A stretch of 64,000 nt of DNA from Persephonella sp. (GTDB taxonomy: Bacteria; Aquificota; Aquificia; Aquificales; Hydrogenothermaceae): assembly GCF_015487465.1 (NCBI RefSeq), contig NZ_WFPS01000008.1, forward strand, positions 10,139 through 74,138. The letters are read 5' to 3'. The notes below the pieces were generated by a model. It saw only the letters and a program-made list of their open reading frames with translations, made no database searches and had not been told where the DNA came from. Positions 1 to 8,840 of the stretch are shown here, one piece after another; the first letter of the stretch is position 1, and the number at the start of each line of letters is the position of its first letter. Position numbers and translations under genes: made by a program.

Positions 1-62
1 CACTTTATGAAGCAAAAAGAACAGGAAAGAACAAAACAGTGGTGGCAGATTAGGAGAGGACA

Positions 63-671
63 ATGGATATAAATTTCAAGGATTTAGATCCAAAACAGAT
101 ATACAAGATAATGACAAGCGTTATAGTTCCAAGACCCATAGCATGGATCTCCACTGTAAGCACAGATGGGATAAACAATCTTGCCCCTTTTAGCTATTTT
201 GCAGGTATTTCAAGCGATCCTCCTCTAATAGCCGTATCTATCGGTTCAAAGTCACCAGGTGAGAAAAAAGACACATGGAAGAATATTGAGGAAACAGGAG
301 AATTTGTTATAAACATGGTTACAAAAGAGCTTCTACAACAGATGAATATAACATCTCTTCCTTTTGAAAAAGAAGTAGACGAGTTTGAAAAAGCAGGTCT
401 TACTCCTGCTCCGTCTTTATCTGTCAAACCTCCAAGGGTAAAAGAATCTCCTGTTAATATTGAGTGCAGAAGATACCAGATCATTGAAATTGGGAAAATG
501 GGTCTTATCTTAGGGGAGATTTTAACGGTTCACATTAGAGATGATATACTAAATGAAAAAGGCTACGCAGACACCACAAAACTTGAGATAATTGGAAGAT
601 TGGGAGGAGCAAACTACTGTCTTATAACAGCCGAAAACACATTTGAACTTAAAAGGCCGGACAAGGAGTAA
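63..671 (+). CDS. flavin reductase-like FMN-binding domain protein
   Basis: 202-aa ORF. The N-terminal VPRPIAWIST...NLAPFSYF pattern is typical of the flavin reductase-like domain. Confidence 0.8.
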   Translation: MDINFKDLDPKQIYKIMTSVIVPRPIAWISTVSTDGINNLAPFSYFAGISSDPPLIAVSIGSKSPGEKKDTWKNIEETGEFVINMVTKELLQQMNITSLPFEKEVDEFEKAGLTPAPSLSVKPPRVKESPVNIECRRYQIIEIGKMGLILGEILTVHIRDDILNEKGYADTTKLEIIGRLGGANYCLITAENTFELKRPDKE

Positions 672-674
672 ATA

Positions 675-1106
675 ATGAACAAAAGAAGGGCTTTAAAAGA
701 ATTTAAACAGGTAATAAAAAGTTCAGGGTTAAAATACACCCCCCAGAGAGAAAAAATTTTCAGGGTCATACTCTCAACAAAAGGTCATTTTGAGATAGAA
801 CAGTTAGTCCACAAAATAAGATCAAAAAATATAGATGTTTCAAGGGCAACCGTTTACAGAACACTTGATATACTAAAAAAATTAGGATATGTAAATGAGG
901 TAATAAAATTCAAAAATAAAACAATTTATGAAGTTGCCCTTAAAGAACACCACGACCACCTGATATGTAGAAAATGCGGAAAGATAATAGAGTTCCACTC
1001 AGAAGAGATAGAAAAAATCCAAAATAAGATCTGCAAAACCTACCAGTTTAAACCTGAGTTCCACAGGCTTGAGATATTTGGACTGTGCAAAACCTGTCAG
1101 AAATGA
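675..1106 (+). CDS. Fur family metalloregulator
   Basis: 143 aa with a winged-helix N-terminus, HHDHLICRKCGK and a C-terminal CKTC pair (Fur-family metal sites). Its stop overlaps the next start as ATGA. Confidence 0.8.
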   Translation: MNKRRALKEFKQVIKSSGLKYTPQREKIFRVILSTKGHFEIEQLVHKIRSKNIDVSRATVYRTLDILKKLGYVNEVIKFKNKTIYEVALKEHHDHLICRKCGKIIEFHSEEIEKIQNKICKTYQFKPEFHRLEIFGLCKTCQK

Positions 1107-1720
1107 AAATATCTGCTGTTCTTCTTGCAGGTGGTCAAAGCAAAAGAATGGGGAGAGATAAAGCCTTTCTCCAGCTTAACGGAAAAACCTTTCTCAGGAT
1201 AATAGCCGAAAAACTTTCCAGATATTGTGATCAGATAATAGTATCCGGCAACAAAGAAAAAGAATTATATCTGTCTCAGCTTAGAGGTATAAAATCCCAG
1301 ATAGATTTTGTAAAAGATAAAAATCCTTTTACAGGTCCCCTGAACGGCATTGTAAGCTGTAGAAAAAAGATAAAAAACGAGATAGTTTTTATCAGCACAT
1401 GCGACACACCATTACTGAATGAAGAAATTATCCCTTATTTATCCGGTAAAATTGATGTATACGATGCTGTTATTCCAATTGTAAACAACAAAGAGCAGTT
1501 TTTAAACACAGTTTATAAAAAATCTGCCCTTGATCGGGGAGAGAGATTATACACTGAAGGAGTAAGATCCCTTTACAAATGGGTAAATCATTTAAAAATC
1601 TTAAAAATTTCCGAAAAAGAAATTAAATATATAGATAAACATATTTATTCTTATTGGAGCATAAACAGACCGGAGGACTATGAGAGGATCAAAAATTTAT
1701 GGAAAGAAAAAAATGTATAA
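1103..1720 (+). CDS. mobA: molybdenum cofactor guanylyltransferase
   Basis: MKISAVLLAGGQSKRMGRDKA is the MobA N-terminal signature. I chose the ATG at 1103 (ATGA overlap with the Fur stop) over the ORF-track start at 1085. Confidence 0.75.
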   Translation: MKISAVLLAGGQSKRMGRDKAFLQLNGKTFLRIIAEKLSRYCDQIIVSGNKEKELYLSQLRGIKSQIDFVKDKNPFTGPLNGIVSCRKKIKNEIVFISTCDTPLLNEEIIPYLSGKIDVYDAVIPIVNNKEQFLNTVYKKSALDRGERLYTEGVRSLYKWVNHLKILKISEKEIKYIDKHIYSYWSINRPEDYERIKNLWKEKNV

Positions 1721-3564
1721 TCATACTTAATCTCCTGCTTTTCTGCTTATCTTTCGGTCAGCAGTTGGACACACTTTTAAAAGAATACACAGATCTGTCT
1801 CAGCTTTACAGACAAACCCGACAAGAATCTGAAGGACATCTGATAATAATAACAAGGGAAGATATAAAAAAGTTCCAGTATCACACCTTATCAGATGTTC
1901 TAAAATCCTTGAGATACTTTTCTCTCCAGAGAAACCAATACGGAGAAAAAATACTTTCCTACGCAACAATATACCCCCTTGAAAACTCAACTGTAAGGAT
2001 ATTTATAAACGACCATGAAATATCTGCAGTTTTTAGAAAAACAGCCCTTCCTCTCTGGGCTGATTTACCCCTTGATTTTGTTGAACATATAGAGATATAT
2101 CAGGGGGAATCTGCAATAAAATTCAACAATGAAGCAGCAGGAACGATAATAAAAATCTACACAAAAAAACCAGAAAGGGAAAACGGCGGCAGGATTAGAG
2201 CCATGCTGTCATCAAAGTATGGAAATCTTTTCAGCTTTTACTCAGGTTGGGAACTTCCGGGAAGTTCTGCATTCTCATTTTTTATAGGAAAATCAAGACA
2301 GATCAGCCAAAAGTATTACAATCAGGGAAGCGATACAAGGCTTGATGAAAAAAATTACTACGGTTATGTAAGTTTTTTTATCAAAGGTTGGTTTTTAGAA
2401 TCTGCAGTTGCAAATAAAAACTCATCACGGTTCAGAGGAGACACCTTAAAAAAATTTCCCTTATCGTCAGATTTTGAAAACTCACACGGTTATATATCTA
2501 TAGAAAAAATAGTATCAAAGGAGCTGGGTTTGAAAATAAGGATATATGCTGACAGAATATCTTCCGATACTATTGAGAATGGAGAAAAAACCGACCCTAT
2601 AATTGCCGTTAACCCTATTGAACCTGTCCTTTTCTGGAACAGGAATGTTGAAAGCTACAAAGCAGGAATAGACTTTTACGGTCAGATAAAAAAAGGTTCC
2701 AATGTTCTGTCCTACGGAGGAAAAATACAGAAAACAGGATACAGACTGACAGACATGAGAGACAAAAAAGTAATCAAGGACAGAAACAGCGAACACTACA
2801 GGTCTGTATTTGTTGAAGATGTTTACAACATCACCCCTTACTTAGGAATAGTAGGTGGAGTAAAGTATGAAAGTATGGAGAGGAAATACGGAAAAGATAT
2901 TGACACAACTCTGTGGAGAATGGGACTGATCTCTCTTTTCTCAGAGAAAAATTATTTTAAGCTCTTTGTTTCTAAGTATTATACTCCACCTTATTTTGTA
3001 GAAATATACACAAACCCTGACCTGAAAAAACAGAAAAACAGATCATTAACAGGGGAATTCTCATACAAAACACAGTTAGGAAGGTTTATTTTCACAGCAG
3101 GATTTATAAAAGTCCACAACTCAATAATGATAGATCCTGTAAGCTATGTTTACTACAACACAGATGAAACACTAAAGTACAGGTTTTACTCTGTTGATTA
3201 CATAAAGAAAATAGGAAATTTTATTTTAAAAACCGACTTTTTCACCGTTAAGGTCAATAAAAAATCATACAAAACAGCACCCTCAAAAGGGGGTTTTTTC
3301 AAACTGGGATATCTTAAAGATACTGTTTCGTTTTTTGTTGAATTGATATACAGGGAAGGTTACAGATTTGGCAATAGATATATAAAAAGCGGATACGACC
3401 TCACAGGAGGGATAAAAGTCCAGATTATTGAAAACGGTTACATTGAGTTTAAAGGATACAACCTTCTAAACAAAGGATTAAGAACCCCTGCTTTTAAAGA
3501 TCCTGATTTCACCTACTACCTTGATGATAGAAAACTGACAATAAGTTTTGTAAAGGAATTTTAA
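1699..3564 (+). CDS. TonB-dependent receptor-like outer membrane protein
   Basis: Signal peptide, a plug-like N-terminal region (IIITREDI...IEIYQGESAIKFNNEAAGTIIKIYTK), a long beta-rich body and a C-terminal Phe. Confidence 0.7.
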   Translation: MERKKCIIILNLLLFCLSFGQQLDTLLKEYTDLSQLYRQTRQESEGHLIIITREDIKKFQYHTLSDVLKSLRYFSLQRNQYGEKILSYATIYPLENSTVRIFINDHEISAVFRKTALPLWADLPLDFVEHIEIYQGESAIKFNNEAAGTIIKIYTKKPERENGGRIRAMLSSKYGNLFSFYSGWELPGSSAFSFFIGKSRQISQKYYNQGSDTRLDEKNYYGYVSFFIKGWFLESAVANKNSSRFRGDTLKKFPLSSDFENSHGYISIEKIVSKELGLKIRIYADRISSDTIENGEKTDPIIAVNPIEPVLFWNRNVESYKAGIDFYGQIKKGSNVLSYGGKIQKTGYRLTDMRDKKVIKDRNSEHYRSVFVEDVYNITPYLGIVGGVKYESMERKYGKDIDTTLWRMGLISLFSEKNYFKLFVSKYYTPPYFVEIYTNPDLKKQKNRSLTGEFSYKTQLGRFIFTAGFIKVHNSIMIDPVSYVYYNTDETLKYRFYSVDYIKKIGNFILKTDFFTVKVNKKSYKTAPSKGGFFKLGYLKDTVSFFVELIYREGYRFGNRYIKSGYDLTGGIKVQIIENGYIEFKGYNLLNKGLRTPAFKDPDFTYYLDDRKLTISFVKEF

Positions 3565-3565
3565 G

Positions 3566-4003
3566 ATGTTCAGGCAGATTACAATATTTTTGCTTATCTG
3601 TTTTTCAATGGCTTTTTCAGAAGAAGTAGTAAAAAAAATTGAGTCAATGATAATCTCCCGTATTTCTTCTGTGGTTACCGGAAAACAATACAGAATAAAA
3701 ACATATGTAACAGATAACATGAAATATATTTTTAAATACTCTAAAATATTAATACCCAGTTATGAATGTGGTAAAGCAGATATAGTAATAGCTGGAGAAC
3801 AACTAAAAAACAAAGATTGCGAAAAAAAGGTTATGATAGTGACAAAATATTATTTATTAAGAAATTATAAAAATGCTGTGGCAGCATTTTACTGGTACAA
3901 GGGGAGGCCAAACATCTTATTTATAAAAGAAAGATTGGAAAGGTTTGGTATAAACCTACCTGAGAAATACAAAAAATACACCGATTCGGAAAAGGATCTG
4001 TGA
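3566..4003 (+). CDS. small secreted protein, possibly YfiR/DUF4154-like
   Basis: Signal peptide. It lies 1 nt after the receptor stop and has a GTGA overlap with the downstream GGDEF-EAL gene. The family assignment is a weak by-eye guess. Confidence 0.45.
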   Translation: MFRQITIFLLICFSMAFSEEVVKKIESMIISRISSVVTGKQYRIKTYVTDNMKYIFKYSKILIPSYECGKADIVIAGEQLKNKDCEKKVMIVTKYYLLRNYKNAVAAFYWYKGRPNILFIKERLERFGINLPEKYKKYTDSEKDL

Positions 4004-5901
4004 GAAGAAAAGAAAGAAAGCTACTTTTTGATTATCTGCCTGTTTTCCTGATACTTTTGAGCATTCTTCTATCTATATATTTTATGGTTCCAAAGGTTCA
4101 GGAAATTATAGAAAACAGCATAATAAAAAATGCGATAGTTCCATCTGTATCAAAAGGTTTAGACAAAATTATTCTACAGATAGAAAAGGACGCTTCACGG
4201 GTTGGACTAAAAGAGCTTTTCAAAAACAAAAAATTCACCTCTTGGCTTGAAGATAAGATATACATATTTATTAATGATGATGTTAAATATGCGTACATTC
4301 TTTATTTTGATAAAGACGGCAAAATAAGATATCTTGCGGACTTTTCAAAAGAGGACAGGGCAAGATACTGGCAAACCTTTAATGCTTTTGACAGTGCGAT
4401 AGAGAAAGTATTAAAAGAAAAGAAAGCTGTTGTAATAAAACAGTCAGATTATACAGGAATCTGGCTAACCCTTATAAAACCAATAAAAATAAATAATCAG
4501 GTAAAAGGGGCATTTGTAATTGATTTTTCTATAAACAAACTTCAGGAAATACAGAGTATACTCAACAGAATAAAAGAGTTTATCCTTGCCGTTTCTGTAT
4601 TTATACTCCTTTCTATATTTGTTTCAGTTTATCAGTTTATCAGATACAAGAAGAACCTCAAAAAAATGTATATTGATCCGCTAACAGGTGTGTATAACAG
4701 ACTTTTTATGTATGACAATATAGATCTGTTAAAAAAGGGTTATTATACAACACTTATAATTGATATTGATTTTTTTAAAAGAATAAATGACACATACGGG
4801 CATGATGTCGGAGATTATGTTCTCAAAGAAGTAGCAGAAAGATTAAAAAGATGTATAAGAGAAGATGAAGACATTCTTGTAAGGTATGGTGGGGAGGAAT
4901 TTCTGCTTTTTATAAAATCCAATCCACATTCTGAAGAATACAGATACAACATTATCCAGCTTGCAAACAGGCTCAGGACAGAAGTTTCAAAAAATGTTAT
5001 CACTTACAACAACATAAAGATGAAAGTAACCATATCAATAGGGGTCGCTTTATGCAGAGAAAATACGGATATTGATCAGATGATTAAACTTGCAGATATG
5101 GCTCTCTACAGGGCAAAACAGAACGGAAGAAACAGGGTTGAGGTTTATGATAAAGGGCTTGAAGCAAACGATAAAGGAATAGCAATCATAAAGGAAGCGA
5201 TTGATAAAAACGGGGTAGTATGCTGGTTTCAGCCTATCTACAATTTGAAAACAGGAAAAGCTGTAAGATACGAATCACTTGTAAGAATTGTGGCAGAAGA
5301 CGGCAAACTTATTTATCCCCATCAATTTTTAAATGCCATAAGAAGAACATATGTTCATGTTGATCTAACAAAAAAAGTGATTGAGTTCAACGTTAGAACA
5401 CTGCTTGACAATCCTAAAATGAGGATAAGCATGAACCTTTCTGCCCTTGATATATACAACGACGACATAATTGATTACCTTGACTTTTTGATAATAAATA
5501 AAAAGCTTGCAAGTAGGCTCACAATAGAGATACTTGAGTCTGAGGATATTGAGGATTATGAATTTTTCAAGGAAAAAATAATGAGAATAAAAGAGATAGG
5601 GTGCAGTATCGGTATTGATGACTTTGGTGCAGGATACTCCAATTTTGCACACATAGTAGAACTAAACCCTGAATTTTTAAAAATAGATGGATCATTAATA
5701 AAAGATATTGATATAAACAAAAGATCAATAGCTATAGTAAAAGCTATAAAACATTTTGCTGATGAGCTTGGTATAAATGTTATAGCAGAGTATATACATT
5801 CTGAATACATACTGAGAAAAGTTCTTGAAGTTGGAATTATATATGGTCAGGGCTACTATCTGAAAGAGCCTCTCCCATTAAGAAAAAGAAAATCTGCATG
5901 A
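4000..5901 (+). CDS. membrane-anchored GGDEF-EAL (c-di-GMP turnover) protein
   Basis: Two TM segments flank a periplasmic region. Motifs: GGDEF (RYGGEEFLLF) and EAL-domain (YESLVR, DDFGAGYSN, QGYYL). GTG start. Confidence 0.9.
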   Translation: MRRKERKLLFDYLPVFLILLSILLSIYFMVPKVQEIIENSIIKNAIVPSVSKGLDKIILQIEKDASRVGLKELFKNKKFTSWLEDKIYIFINDDVKYAYILYFDKDGKIRYLADFSKEDRARYWQTFNAFDSAIEKVLKEKKAVVIKQSDYTGIWLTLIKPIKINNQVKGAFVIDFSINKLQEIQSILNRIKEFILAVSVFILLSIFVSVYQFIRYKKNLKKMYIDPLTGVYNRLFMYDNIDLLKKGYYTTLIIDIDFFKRINDTYGHDVGDYVLKEVAERLKRCIREDEDILVRYGGEEFLLFIKSNPHSEEYRYNIIQLANRLRTEVSKNVITYNNIKMKVTISIGVALCRENTDIDQMIKLADMALYRAKQNGRNRVEVYDKGLEANDKGIAIIKEAIDKNGVVCWFQPIYNLKTGKAVRYESLVRIVAEDGKLIYPHQFLNAIRRTYVHVDLTKKVIEFNVRTLLDNPKMRISMNLSALDIYNDDIIDYLDFLIINKKLASRLTIEILESEDIEDYEFFKEKIMRIKEIGCSIGIDDFGAGYSNFAHIVELNPEFLKIDGSLIKDIDINKRSIAIVKAIKHFADELGINVIAEYIHSEYILRKVLEVGIIYGQGYYLKEPLPLRKRKSA

Positions 5902-5914
5902 TCTTAGACAGAAT

Positions 5915-5942
5915 TCCCCGGGCGGATTCGAACCGCCGACCT
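5915..5942 (-). repeat. 28-nt duplicate of the tRNA-Arg 3' end (att-like direct repeat)
   Basis: tccccgggcggattcgaaccgccgacct is identical to 6653..6680 inside the intact tRNA. No anticodon or D arm is present here. Confidence 0.85.
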
Positions 5943-6010
5943 GATATAGATAATTTATCAGCTGTCCAATAGATTTAAAGCATAGGAAACAATATGCAAG
6001 TATAATTTCT

Positions 6011-6208
6011 TCAAACTGTTTGTAGCAATTGTTCTATATTTTCTCTCTTCAGTTCTCTACTTGCGTTTAATATTTCTATCCCTACAGGTTTACCATCTTC
6101 TGAATAATCTACAATTATATTTGGTGTTATTTCTTCTGTATAAGCGATCGGTTTATCCGTTAATTTTATATAAAGTGCATTTGCTTCTTTATCAAATTTT
6201 ATCTCCAT
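6011..6208 (-). CDS. DUF2283-family small protein (antitoxin-like)
   Basis: 65 aa. The pattern MEIKFDKEANALYIKL...IVDYSEDGKPVGIEILNAS is characteristic of DUF2283. It overlaps the upstream gene by 10 nt. Confidence 0.7.
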   Translation of the reverse strand: MEIKFDKEANALYIKLTDKPIAYTEEITPNIIVDYSEDGKPVGIEILNASRELKRENIEQLLQTV

Positions 6209-6438
6209 GGTTTTTTGCCTCTGTCAAAATATACAGTTATTATAATACTGCTTTCTGGGTTTAAAACAACCTTTAAGGTTCTATTTCCAAAATCTTTAAT
6301 AACTTTGTAATACCTGTGCTCTGTATATGATTCTTCAATTATTTCATCAGGATTTTTTAAGGTCTCAAGGACCCACTCCTTTTTGATTTTTCTTTCTTTG
6401 ATCCTTTCTAAAGCATGTTTTGAAAATCTGTAGTTCAC
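6199..6438 (-). CDS. DUF4258-family small protein (toxin-like)
   Basis: 79 aa. The N-terminal FSKHALERIKERKI pattern is typical of DUF4258, which is commonly paired with DUF2283. Confidence 0.6.
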   Translation of the reverse strand: MNYRFSKHALERIKERKIKKEWVLETLKNPDEIIEESYTEHRYYKVIKDFGNRTLKVVLNPESSIIITVYFDRGKKPWR

Positions 6439-6558
6439 TTTCCCTTTTATACCTCTCCAAAAGCAAATTTATCCTTGTTACTATATTATAAGAAAACAAA
6501 TAGATACTGATAATGAACCTTTCTATGTGAAAAATGGGTGCAAAAGTAAGATCAAAAA

Positions 6559-6598
6559 TTTAGAGAAATTTAGAATAATTTAGAAAGATTTAGAATAG
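6559..6598. repeat. four tandem 10-bp repeats TTTAGARWRA
   Basis: tttagagaaa tttagaataa tttagaaaga tttagaatag is read directly, with an exact 10-bp period. It lies between the TA-like pair and the tRNA. Confidence 0.85.
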
Positions 6599-6650
6599 AA
6601 ATTTTCTATAAAATCTTTTAGTTTCAATGTTTAGCGTTGATATTAAAGAA

Positions 6651-6724
6651 TGTCCCCGGGCGGATTCGAACCGCCGACCTCGAGATTAGGAATCTCGCGC
6701 TCTATCCTTCTGAGCTACGGGGAC
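6651..6724 (-). tRNA. tRNA-Arg (anticodon CCT)
   Basis: The reverse complement folds as a cloverleaf. Acceptor GTCCCCG/CGGGGAC, D arm GCTC/GAGC, anticodon stem CGAGA/TCTCG with loop TTCCTAA, T arm GGCGG-TTCGAAT-CCGCC. No CCA is encoded. Confidence 0.9.
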
Positions 6725-8022
6725 TGAGGAAGAAGCTGAACTTCTGTATAATTATTATCACCAAAATATTTTCTTAAATACTGATCTATATCCCTCTTTG
6801 TAACTTTTTCAATATTTTGTGTATATTTTATGTCGTAATAAATATCCTCTGCAACAGATGCCGCATACCCCAGAGCTTCTGCGTCGTGTGTTACCTCCTC
6901 CCTTGCAAATACTTCGCTGTTTATTATCTTTCTTTTTGCATTTTCAATAATCTCTTCAGGGATACCTTTCTCTTTAAACTCTTTTATTATCTTAAAAAGC
7001 TCCTTTTTCACCCTGTCCACCTTATCAACATCTGTAACAAAATAAAAAAGAAACTGGCTTGTTCCCCTGTGGGATAAATAACCCCCATAAACAGCCTGAA
7101 CAAGACCTGTTTCTCTCAGTTTCTGGTAAAGAACAGATGTTCTTCCTCCTGTAAATATCTCCTCAAGCACATTGGCTGTAAAGCTCTCTCTATCGCTTAT
7201 AGGTGGAGCCTGCCAACCTATCGCAACATAAGCCCTTGTTATCTGGGGTTTTCTGATGATCTTTTTTCTTATCTCTTTTTGTGGAGGTTCAAGAGGAACC
7301 TTTGGAGGTTTGTAATGTTTTCCCTTTACCTTACCGAATGTTTCCTTTATCTCTTTCAAAACTTTGTCTTTATTTACATTTCCAACAACAACAACATAGG
7401 TGTTGGAAGGAACATAATGGGAGTAAAAGTATTCCTTAACAAGTTTTTGATCAAACTTTTCTATTGTTTCCCTGTATCCTATAACAGGGTGTTTGTAGTT
7501 GCTAACCTTATACGCAAGTTTGTTATATGTATCCCACAGAACGCTTTTTGGATTATCCAGATGTCTGTTCAGCTCTTCAAGAACTATAGGTTTTTCTTTT
7601 TCTATCATTTTTTCAGAAAGGGTTGGTGCTGTCGTCATGTAATAAAGGTATCTGAGGGATTCTTTCCAGAAAGGTGATGCTATCTCAACATGATAAAATG
7701 TAAAATCTGTGCTTGTTCCTGCATTTATACTTCCTCCTTTTTTCTCTATCTCAAACTCTATCTCACCGGGTTTTGTGTATTTTGTTCCGTTGAAAAGCAT
7801 ATGCTCAAGGAAATGGGAAAGCCCTCTTTCCCTGTCATTTTCAAAAACAGAACCAACCCCAAACCATACCTGAATAGCGACAGCCTGAGTATCTTTTCTC
7901 TCTTTTATTATTGCTGTGACGCCATTTTCAAGTTTTTCAATATAAATATTTTTTATCCTCTGTCCTGCATAACTTAATGTTGTCATAGCTACCACCATCA
8001 AAATTATTATTTTTTTCATCAT
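6715..8022 (-). CDS. M16 family zinc peptidase (pitrilysin-like), secreted
   Basis: Signal peptide and the inverted zincin motif HFLEHMLFNGT. The last codons overlap the tRNA-Arg 5' end. Confidence 0.85.
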   Translation of the reverse strand: MMKKIIILMVVAMTTLSYAGQRIKNIYIEKLENGVTAIIKERKDTQAVAIQVWFGVGSVFENDRERGLSHFLEHMLFNGTKYTKPGEIEFEIEKKGGSINAGTSTDFTFYHVEIASPFWKESLRYLYYMTTAPTLSEKMIEKEKPIVLEELNRHLDNPKSVLWDTYNKLAYKVSNYKHPVIGYRETIEKFDQKLVKEYFYSHYVPSNTYVVVVGNVNKDKVLKEIKETFGKVKGKHYKPPKVPLEPPQKEIRKKIIRKPQITRAYVAIGWQAPPISDRESFTANVLEEIFTGGRTSVLYQKLRETGLVQAVYGGYLSHRGTSQFLFYFVTDVDKVDRVKKELFKIIKEFKEKGIPEEIIENAKRKIINSEVFAREEVTHDAEALGYAASVAEDIYYDIKYTQNIEKVTKRDIDQYLRKYFGDNNYTEVQLLPQSP

Positions 8023-8840
8023 TCTGCCACCATACTTTTTTTCCTGTATGCTTCTTTTAGTTTCTCCTCAACCTCCTTTATCCATGTATCTCTTCTTATT
8101 ATCTCATCTGTTGTTTCCTTATGCAGAAGTTCGTAATTGTGAAACTTTGTTTGTGTTTCGTAGTAGTCCTCAACTATTCTGATAGATGGAAAAAATTCCA
8201 GTATATCTCTGTAATCAAAAAAAACAATTTCTTTATCCAGGCTGTTTTTATTCTCCCAATTTCCGTTGGAAATTACCCAGATCCCTGAACATCTGTACTT
8301 TTCTTTTCCTGAAATAAGCTGTCTTAAATAGTTTTCATTTAACTTTTTCAGCTGTTGATAATCAACAAAATCAACACATATCTTATATCCGCCTATCTCC
8401 ACTATAAAATCTATGTTGTGATCCTTATAAATAGAGGGCTCATACACCTTAAACCCCAATATCTTCAACAAAAAAGACATTGTCCACTCAAAATCTGTCC
8501 CTTTAAGAGTTCTTAAATATTTTTTCTCATCTTTATCCCATTTATATCTGTAAATCTCCCTTTCTATCTGCTGGAGTTTGTTTCTGAAATGTTCTATTTT
8601 GTCTTTAAATTTTTTTGCCTTTTCTGTAAACTCCTTTTTTTCCCTGCTAAATTTTTCAAGGTAGTATTTTAGGGTAGGAATAAGCTGTTTTTCTTTTTTT
8701 CTTTTTTCTTCCCTATACCTTAAATAGGCGTAATAACCTACTATGCTGAAAATAATAATCAGAAGGGCTAAATCTATAAAATCAAATCTCATTAAACGCC
8801 TCTTTATATCTTTCGTAAACATCTTGGGTAAAGAGGACAA
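8019..8840 (-). CDS. membrane-anchored coiled-coil protein with a possible restriction-endonuclease-like (Mrr_cat-like) C-terminal domain
   Basis: N-terminal TM helix and a K/E-rich coiled coil. The segment FEWTMSFLLKILGFKVY...DHNIDFIVEIGGYKICVDF resembles PD-(D/E)xK Mrr-type cores. The true start may be Met at 8822 or 8792. Confidence 0.45.
   Translation of the reverse strand: MSSLPKMFTKDIKRRLMRFDFIDLALLIIIFSIVGYYAYLRYREEKRKKEKQLIPTLKYYLEKFSREKKEFTEKAKKFKDKIEHFRNKLQQIEREIYRYKWDKDEKKYLRTLKGTDFEWTMSFLLKILGFKVYEPSIYKDHNIDFIVEIGGYKICVDFVDYQQLKKLNENYLRQLISGKEKYRCSGIWVISNGNWENKNSLDKEIVFFDYRDILEFFPSIRIVEDYYETQTKFHNYELLHKETTDEIIRRDTWIKEVEEKLKEAYRKKSMVAE

Larger units (their letters stand above)
5915..6680. 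mobile_element. remnant tRNA-Arg-integrated islet carrying a TA-like pair (no integrase)
   Basis: Direct repeats of the tRNA 3' end bracket about 710 bp. That interval holds only two small overlapping genes and an AT-rich repeat-bearing spacer. Confidence 0.5.

Noticed and set aside
4830-4880. Allosteric I-site (RxxD) in the GGDEF domain
   Set aside because: The residues five positions upstream of GGEEF read EDED(ILVRY). No RxxD is in the correct register, so I make no I-site claim.
5911-5945. Possible second tRNA gene
   Set aside because: Only the acceptor 3' strand, T arm and part of the variable region are present. No anticodon or D arm can be built, so I interpreted it as an att-type duplicate.
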